A stretch of DNA of 64,000 nt, taken from the IMG/VR virus record IMGVR_UViG_3300021958_000031, one strand, 5' to 3'. Numbering within the stretch: the first letter of the stretch is position 1; every line of letters starts with the position of its first letter. Shown here one piece after another: positions 58,182-64,000 of this stretch. The DNA comes from an uncultured virus (IMG/VR IMGVR_UViG_3300021958_000031) (taxonomy: Duplodnaviria > Heunggongvirae > Uroviricota > Caudoviricetes). The position numbers and the translations under genes were made by a program. Below the pieces are notes generated by a model. It did no database searches and had not been told where the DNA came from. It worked only from the letters and a program-made list of their open reading frames with translations.

Positions 58182-58946
58182 TTACTTATTATATGGACAA
58201 GAATTCATTAATTTATCTAGATCTATATCAATTGTATAATCATCCAATTTAAGATTATCTAATTCGCCATTCCAATTAATAGGTTTACAGTTCTTTCTTT
58301 TAACCGATGCAAAATAATCTCTAAATTTAAAACCTTCACCTAATACTTTATCTGATAGCTTTATCCAATATGAAGGTATATTATAGGCATCACCACAAAT
58401 AATACCATGCAAAGATGATGATAAAATAATCTCACATTCTAAAACTTCATCTACAAAGGAATTAACATCCTCATTTAAAATATTAATAACCTTTATACCT
58501 TCATCCTCTTTATCTTTCCATCTTTCTACATGATCGTGCTCCCAGTCAACATAATGAGGGATTATACCCAAACGATATTTCTTTTTTATAGTTGGATTGT
58601 AAAACCTTGGGTAAAGTAAAGCAGGATCTCCATAAACCTCAGGGCATGCTATACCTTGCTCTAATAATTTTTGTCTAGTTAAAGGGCCTCTTACTGCATG
58701 AATTTTAAATCTTTTTTCTAGTGGGCTAGAATTAACTACCCCGTGCTCGAACATAAAACCTGAACCCCAGATAACACTATGTGGAGTAGCCTTTTCTAAA
58801 ACACTTCCTATACACATATAATAATTACTATGGTGATTATAATTAACCCATACGGCTTGATTCCCAGATATGCTTTCGTATAAAGAACGATTTAATATAT
58901 CTCCCCAATTAGGTTTATGTGGTCCTGACCAAAATATTTCCATCAT
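58182..58946 (-). CDS. Polysaccharide pyruvyltransferase (ExoV-like), second copy
   Basis: NWGD, IGSVL, AVRGPLT, GDPALL, SSSLHG and FKFRDY motifs. Confidence 0.85.
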   Translation of the reverse strand: MMEIFWSGPHKPNWGDILNRSLYESISGNQAVWVNYNHHSNYYMCIGSVLEKATPHSVIWGSGFMFEHGVVNSSPLEKRFKIHAVRGPLTRQKLLEQGIACPEVYGDPALLYPRFYNPTIKKKYRLGIIPHYVDWEHDHVERWKDKEDEGIKVINILNEDVNSFVDEVLECEIILSSSLHGIICGDAYNIPSYWIKLSDKVLGEGFKFRDYFASVKRKNCKPINWNGELDNLKLDDYTIDIDLDKLMNSCPYNK

Positions 58947-60403
58947 ACTCTGTTTTTAAGTTTTCTACTAGCTTGAAAATGTTCAATCACTGGATCAACT
59001 GTAGGATACATTTCTCTCATACTATCAAAAATCATAGTATATTCTGGTGGGAGATTACCATCCTTAATTAATCCTTTATTTCTCATATCTTCTATTGCCT
59101 TTCCTAAGTTCCACTGTTCAAATGTTTTTGCATTTGGTCCTTCTGCTACATTTTCACCTTCCCATATTTTACATAATTCTCTCATCATAGCAGTATTTGA
59201 CATATAAATAGTACCGCTTAAACATTCATTTTTTCTCCATCTAAAGTCTTGCCACCTAACAGCAATATCATAAGAATAATTATCAAACAAGTAAGGATAC
59301 GAATGAATAACAGCATCACTATCAACCCATACAATACTTTTACCTATATGCTTATCTAACATTTGTGACATAAACTTAGCTTTAAATCTAGTGTTAGCTT
59401 GCCAACTCCCTAAATTTTCCACCCCTACGATGTCATAAGGTACCTTTAATTTATCTAATGACCTTTTTAGTTTTTCTGCTTCTTGTTCGTATGGTGTATT
59501 AATAGTATAATAGGAAACAATCACATAAGGTTTTTTATCTTCTATTTTTGGAGCTATTGATAATACATCACTTAGATTTACCTTAGGTATAATTTTTGAT
59601 AATGGTGAATCAGTTATTGTAAACAACGAAGACTTAGGACTTAATTTTGATTTTGCATATTTTTTAATTGATGATAATAATGATTTTTTATATTCTTCAA
59701 TTTTGTTTTTTATATTTGAAGTATTTCCATATCTTGAATGGAAATGAGTATCGCCTTTTGCACCTAGCCCTAAATCAAAACCTAACAGATAAATTTCATC
59801 ATATCCTAATTTAATTGCTAACTGCAATGCACAAAATCCGCTATTCTCACCATTTACAAATTCATTATCATTCAAAGAAAATCCACTATGATGATTATCT
59901 GATATATTAGAATAAAGTATTCCTGTAAATTTTTCTAAGCCTTGATATACATGATTTCTTCTCGTATCAGTTATTTTACCGTTAAGAGTTTTTATATATT
60001 GATTTGATGTATTAACAACAAAATAACTAAGCTTAGCAATATTAATAACCTCATCAATTGTGTTATTCTTTCTCTGTGGATTAAAGTAACTATAATCCAT
60101 AGTAATAAAATATGTAGGATTAGGTACATAATTAACAGCCGCATTTACACAAATAGTATCTTCTTCTTTAAGTAAAGATAAGTCTAAATTCTTTACTGAA
60201 GGGCCGCCACCTATAATAAATACTCTATTTTTTTCTATATGAGGTTTATAAAACTTTTTTAAGGTAATGGGAAATGACAAAGGGTGATTAGAGGTCCTGG
60301 CATTTTTAGGATTAACGCGCTTTCTTTTAGAACTGTTCTTAGGTAAACTATTAGGTTTAACTGTTGGTTGAATTAATATCTTAGGGATTCGTCGTCTTGC
60401 CAC
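58943..60403 (-). CDS. DUF115/MptE-like domain fused to a GT-A nucleotide-diphospho-sugar transferase
   Basis: IIGGGPS, ICVN, NSG..ALQLA..LG..EIYLLGFD; C-terminal WVDSDA and IEHFQASR. Confidence 0.75.
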   Translation of the reverse strand: MARRRIPKILIQPTVKPNSLPKNSSKRKRVNPKNARTSNHPLSFPITLKKFYKPHIEKNRVFIIGGGPSVKNLDLSLLKEEDTICVNAAVNYVPNPTYFITMDYSYFNPQRKNNTIDEVINIAKLSYFVVNTSNQYIKTLNGKITDTRRNHVYQGLEKFTGILYSNISDNHHSGFSLNDNEFVNGENSGFCALQLAIKLGYDEIYLLGFDLGLGAKGDTHFHSRYGNTSNIKNKIEEYKKSLLSSIKKYAKSKLSPKSSLFTITDSPLSKIIPKVNLSDVLSIAPKIEDKKPYVIVSYYTINTPYEQEAEKLKRSLDKLKVPYDIVGVENLGSWQANTRFKAKFMSQMLDKHIGKSIVWVDSDAVIHSYPYLFDNYSYDIAVRWQDFRWRKNECLSGTIYMSNTAMMRELCKIWEGENVAEGPNAKTFEQWNLGKAIEDMRNKGLIKDGNLPPEYTMIFDSMREMYPTVDPVIEHFQASRKLKNRV

Positions 60404-60434
60404 AATATGGTTTGTTTTGTTATATATTTATACT

Positions 60435-60462
60435 AAAAAAGGGAGGGTCTCCCCTCCCTTTT
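60435..60462 (-). terminator. Intrinsic terminator
   Basis: AAAAGGGAGGG-TCT-CCCTCCCTTTT-type hairpin. Confidence 0.75.
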
Positions 60463-60484
60463 CTAAGTAATAGAAGTAAGTTAA

Positions 60485-60709
60485 TTACTTCACAGCTTCA
60501 ATTACAGGTTCAGTTGGTTTTTCTGTATTTTCTACTGGATCTGTTCCTTCTTCGGTTTGGTCAGTCGGTGGTACAAAAACTTTAATAGCCTTTGATACCA
60601 TTTCAGCATCCTCTAATGTAAATGCACCTTTTTGTTGTGCAATTCTTGCAGCTTGAATAAGAACGTTAACTGCTTGCCCTTGATTCATTTCTTGAGTTTC
60701 TTGTGACAT
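60485..60709 (-). CDS. Small hypothetical protein
   Basis: A.NVLIQA..IAQ.KGAFTLEDA motif; own class-2 promoter and terminator. Confidence 0.7.
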   Translation of the reverse strand: MSQETQEMNQGQAVNVLIQAARIAQQKGAFTLEDAEMVSKAIKVFVPPTDQTEEGTDPVENTEKPTEPVIEAVK

Positions 60710-60755
60710 AATTTATAAATTTGTTTATTATTATATACCTTAAATTAATTTAGTT

Positions 60756-61115
60756 TCATAGTATTTCAATATCATTTTCTAAATCTTTCTTAGTTGGTAT
60801 AGTAACATATAGTATACCTTTTTCTACTTTAGCTTTAATTTTCTTTCTATCAAAATCATCAGGTAGGCCAAACCTTTTACTTAAAGGTGGAGTCCACATG
60901 TTATCTTCACTTTCAATTACAACACTTAAGTCATTCTTAATAAGCTTAATTTTAATATCTTCTTTATCAAAACCAGGAACTGGTATTTCTAAAATGTATT
61001 TGCCATCTTCTTTATCAAAATGGTATTCTTTAAAGGGATTTTTAATTTTATCCATTTCACCCCAAAATGGATGATCCTCAAGGATCTTGTCAAAGTTTGT
61101 TTTGAATGTAAACAT
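60756..61115 (-). CDS. Small heat-shock protein (Hsp20)
   Basis: VPGFDKEDI, F.LP and A.VEKGIL.VTIP motifs. Confidence 0.9.
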   Translation of the reverse strand: MFTFKTNFDKILEDHPFWGEMDKIKNPFKEYHFDKEDGKYILEIPVPGFDKEDIKIKLIKNDLSVVIESEDNMWTPPLSKRFGLPDDFDRKKIKAKVEKGILYVTIPTKKDLENDIEIL

Positions 61116-61172
61116 ATTTTTAAATAATTTTTAGTTATAACAAGGAACCATTCCTTATTTAATTATTATACT

Positions 61173-61209
61173 GAAAAAACCGTGCCATAAGTGAAATAGC
61201 ACGGTTTTT
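61173..61209 (-). terminator. Intrinsic terminator
   Basis: AAAAACCGTGC/GCACGGTTTTT inverted repeat. Confidence 0.75.
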
Positions 61210-61251
61210 CGGAAATATTGTCATCTTTCTATGTAGAGCTATGTCAACATG

Positions 61252-61638
61252 TCACTTAAAAGACTTTCTCTTACCGCCATCATATTCATGAGCATGGCCT
61301 TCGGTAACAAGTGTTTCATTAATATTTAAAATATTTTCATCTTTATCCATAATGAATAAATCGGCAAGTACTCTACCATATTTACCTTCACCGTATGATT
61401 TAATTCTAAAGAATCCTGGTTTTGAACTTACTTCAGTTAATAGTTCTTTAACCCTAGCTTTTGCTGCTAGACCTAAAGCTTTTTCTTCAAGGTTTCGTGT
61501 ACGGCTTTCCCATGCATTCATTCCTTTGAATCTTATTCTTCTCTTAATCCAAATATCAAACCCAACATCAATCATTGCATCAACAGTATCGCCATCCACA
61601 ACTCTGTCTAATTTACATCTATAAATATACTTATCCAT
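61252..61638 (-). CDS. Thermonuclease (SNase-like)
   Basis: RVVDGDT, RIR..G.NA.E, GKYGR.LA and N..LV.EG.A..YDGG motifs. Confidence 0.88.
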   Translation of the reverse strand: MDKYIYRCKLDRVVDGDTVDAMIDVGFDIWIKRRIRFKGMNAWESRTRNLEEKALGLAAKARVKELLTEVSSKPGFFRIKSYGEGKYGRVLADLFIMDKDENILNINETLVTEGHAHEYDGGKRKSFK

Positions 61639-61650
61639 TTCTTATCTTTT

Positions 61651-62532
61651 TTATAAGCTAACTAACATGTCCAAAAGTTCTGGCTGAGGAAACATATCAA
61701 ATTTATCTTTACGAGTATTGGTATGAGTCCATAGCCCTTTCACCTTTCCATAATATGCGTCTTCATTCCATTCAAAGGCATCAGCACCCTTTTGTTTTAC
61801 TAATTCTGGTAATCCTTTTCTAATATCAATACTATCCCTTTCACCAATCCATAAAATCCATTTTCTTAAGGCTTCTATTTGATCTTCTGAATAGGCATGC
61901 CAAGTATCAAATCCTCTAAATGGTTTATCTAATTTAACAAGCTGTCCTGGGTCTGCTGTGGTACCTGCATAAGTTTTTCCATTCTTTATATAACCAAAGT
62001 TATTTACTTCTATACCCACTGAATGTGTATGCATATGCTGTGATCCGTTTTTACCTAAGTGCCAACCATAACCACCTTCTGGGAATGCTTGAACCATTAC
62101 ACCGTCGTATGTATCATCATTACCTTTAATTGAAGGACCACCTAATACAAATTCTGTTGCAACTGCCCCTCTACTATCTCTGCCCCAATGATCTACAGTT
62201 CGGTAAGGGTTATGCCATCCTGCAGTATGATGTAAGAAAACATATTCTTTTTTTGTTGGTCCTGATTTATATTCTCCTATTGGTAAAAAATGCTTATTGA
62301 TAACTAATCCGTTTTCTGTTGTGTAAGCTTTTTCTGAATCATCAGTAGTAGCAAGGCCCATAGCGTCCCAAGTGGCAGGACCAACAATACCATCAGCAAT
62401 AAGACCGTTAGCGGCTTGCCATTTTTTAACTGCAGCTTCAGTTCCTGACCCAAAAATACCGTCTGCTCCGATACCCAAGAATTCTTGTAATTCTTTAACT
62501 TCATTTCCTTTTTTTCCTTTCTTTATTATCAT
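61651..62532 (-). CDS. Endolysin: peptidoglycan-binding domain plus amidase_2
   Basis: ADGIFG..T..AVK.WQ...GL.ADGIVGP.TW; LHHTAG, SVGIE, WTH and K.D motifs. Confidence 0.9.
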   Translation of the reverse strand: MIIKKGKKGNEVKELQEFLGIGADGIFGSGTEAAVKKWQAANGLIADGIVGPATWDAMGLATTDDSEKAYTTENGLVINKHFLPIGEYKSGPTKKEYVFLHHTAGWHNPYRTVDHWGRDSRGAVATEFVLGGPSIKGNDDTYDGVMVQAFPEGGYGWHLGKNGSQHMHTHSVGIEVNNFGYIKNGKTYAGTTADPGQLVKLDKPFRGFDTWHAYSEDQIEALRKWILWIGERDSIDIRKGLPELVKQKGADAFEWNEDAYYGKVKGLWTHTNTRKDKFDMFPQPELLDMLVSL

Positions 62533-62533
62533 G

Positions 62534-63151
62534 TTATTCTGTATTTTTATCAGATGCGTATTTCACACCCATAATTGTACCTACTATAGAGAATGCATTC
62601 GTAAGAAGTATACCAAACATATTAGACCAAGTTGATCCGATAATTTGCGTATCATATCCAGAGACCATTGCAATAGCGTACATTATAGTGGTAAGAACCC
62701 CTACTCCAATTATTACAAATAAAGCAACTCTTACAATAGTTCCAATAAGTTCAAATTGTGATTTCTTTTGCATAAGATCCAAATCAGTTAAAGCAGTCTC
62801 CATTGCTTTTTCTGCATCGGATTTAGCAATAATGGCTTGCTGTTCTGCGTCTTTGGCATCTTGCATAGCCCTTTCAGTTTCATCTAAAGCTCTGGATAAT
62901 TGTTTATTGACTCTCTCATTTTCTTTAGCAGCTAATTCAAGTTCTTTATTTTGGGCTTGCACCTTTTTTGTTACCTGTAATCTTTTTCTACGAGAGGTTG
63001 TATCTCTCTCCTTACAGTCTTCAATGTATTTTATTAATTGAACATCATCTTTATCCGGATCTATAATCTTTATAATGTTACCTTCAAGAAAAATTTTCTT
63101 TTCTTTAGCTAACTTTAGTAAAGTATCTCTTGTATCTTTATTAAGCTTCAT
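62534..63151 (-). CDS. Coiled-coil protein with two C-terminal TM helices (holin or lysis-regulator candidate)
   Basis: Long coiled coil then two hydrophobic helices; 1 nt upstream of the endolysin. Confidence 0.65.
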   Translation of the reverse strand: MKLNKDTRDTLLKLAKEKKIFLEGNIIKIIDPDKDDVQLIKYIEDCKERDTTSRRKRLQVTKKVQAQNKELELAAKENERVNKQLSRALDETERAMQDAKDAEQQAIIAKSDAEKAMETALTDLDLMQKKSQFELIGTIVRVALFVIIGVGVLTTIMYAIAMVSGYDTQIIGSTWSNMFGILLTNAFSIVGTIMGVKYASDKNTE

Positions 63152-63159
63152 TGTTTTCT

Positions 63160-63666
63160 TTAATGTATATGGCCTTCTATTTTATTATGTAGTTTAATAT
63201 TTTCCATTCTTAAATCAAATAACTCCCTTTGTTGATCTTCTATTTTCTTTTCAAGATCTTCTCTATACATTTTACTAACATCTTTGGTTTTCTTATCGCT
63301 GTTTTTAGATTCTATTTTTTGAGTTATTCTTCTAATATTACTTAAACCGCTAATTGCTATCACAACCCATCCCCAATTCATAGGGTTTGTGCTAAGACCT
63401 TCGCTTAGAAAATGTATAATCACAAATAATATAGCTATACTACCATATAGATACGAAAACACTCTTCTCCGTTCTAAACTACTGTAAACAACCGAGTGTA
63501 ATGTACCTAATCCGATTAAAGAGCTGATTACAGCCACATACCATAAGTTTGGAAAGAACTCCGCGCTTAAAACAAATGGTGCAAATAAAAACCATATTAA
63601 TCCTTGCAAAACCTCAGTTGGTTCTGAATCATGATATGTTAATATATGTACTAATTTCTTTATCAT
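63160..63666 (-). CDS. Four-TM membrane protein with C-terminal coiled coil
   Basis: Hydrophobic segments; coupled to the receiver-domain gene. Confidence 0.65.
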   Translation of the reverse strand: MIKKLVHILTYHDSEPTEVLQGLIWFLFAPFVLSAEFFPNLWYVAVISSLIGLGTLHSVVYSSLERRRVFSYLYGSIAILFVIIHFLSEGLSTNPMNWGWVVIAISGLSNIRRITQKIESKNSDKKTKDVSKMYREDLEKKIEDQQRELFDLRMENIKLHNKIEGHIH

Positions 63667-63998
63667 TATTTATACACTTTAAATTTGGCAGTCTTGTTTT
63701 TGTAACCATCGTAATCTTTTCTGAATTCTTCTAGGCGAGGTTCAATGTCATCTGATTTAATAATCCAAAATTGAGCCCCAGCTGCCTTAGCTTTTTCAAT
63801 CTCTTGATTATCGTCTGATGATGAAATGATACCAATAACACAGCCGTTACCATATTCATGATTGATTTTATCTATCATCTCAATTCCATTAAAACTGGAT
63901 CCAATAATGTTAAGATCTACAAATACACATTCTGGCTTTTCGTGATTTTGGTCATCAGGAAACCATTCCTTAAACTTTTTATCTGCTTCATCACTAGA
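63666..63998 (-). CDS. Response-regulator receiver (CheY-like) protein, 5' end outside window
   Basis: Frame stays open to the window edge: ...KPECVFVDLNIIGSSFNGIEM...IISSS...AGAQFWIIK, with phospho-acceptor Asp, Ser and Lys. Confidence 0.85.
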   Translation of the reverse strand, partial: SSDEADKKFKEWFPDDQNHEKPECVFVDLNIIGSSFNGIEMIDKINHEYGNGCVIGIISSSDDNQEIEKAKAAGAQFWIIKSDDIEPRLEEFRKDYDGYKNKTAKFKVYK

Positions 63999-64000
63999 GT

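Noticed and set aside
56762..58646. 101-bp repeat pair as a diversity-generating retroelement template/variable pair
   Set aside because: Differences are synonymous and not adenine-specific, both copies are coding, and no reverse transcriptase is present.
26133..60403. Window as a bacterial chromosome segment, given clpP, clpC, kdsB, guaB and thyA
   Set aside because: These genes are interleaved with phage-type ligase, fibre, endolysin, head-protein-like genes, many tiny ORFs and phage-style repeated promoters, with no bacterial operon context.
1..64000. Stop-codon reassignment (alternative genetic code)
   Set aside because: Conserved enzymes are full length in the standard code, gene density is high, and no suppressor tRNA is seen.

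Overview
AT-rich, gene-dense segment of a large (jumbo-like) lytic dsDNA phage genome, almost entirely on the minus strand and read in the standard genetic code. The host is most likely Bacteroidota/Flavobacteriia, judging by a Bacteroidota-type bS21 and ClpP, a T9SS type-B (CHU_C) cargo protein, an outer-membrane beta-barrel, TAnnTTT(G/A) promoters and little Shine-Dalgarno signal. The window holds a collagen-like fibre gene (partial) and nucleotide/DNA metabolism genes (ATP-dependent ligase, dCMP deaminase, ThyA, IMPDH/GMPR, UvsE, RadA-like ATPase, NUDIX, SNase). It also holds a proteostasis set (DnaJ, ClpP, N-domain-less ClpC, Hsp20, thioredoxin), a PAPS/sulfation module, a Kdo/pyruvyl/glycosyltransferase cluster, a putative lysis module with a receiver domain, and four canonical tRNAs. 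Most notable: (1) about 13 genes with a T4-like capsid-targeting N-terminus, several built as strings of small modules separated by ES(V/L)xE linkers, suggesting protease-cut polyproteins of virion cargo; (2) a ~430-nt end-paired structured RNA, possibly GOLLD-like; (3) a rearranged tRNA-like gene (anticodon UAU) whose D-like hairpin lies 3' of the anticodon arm; (4) three promoter classes readable from the sequence; (5) two compositionally aberrant non-coding blocks flanking an early-gene island. All functional calls come from motif recognition by eye; no database searches were run.
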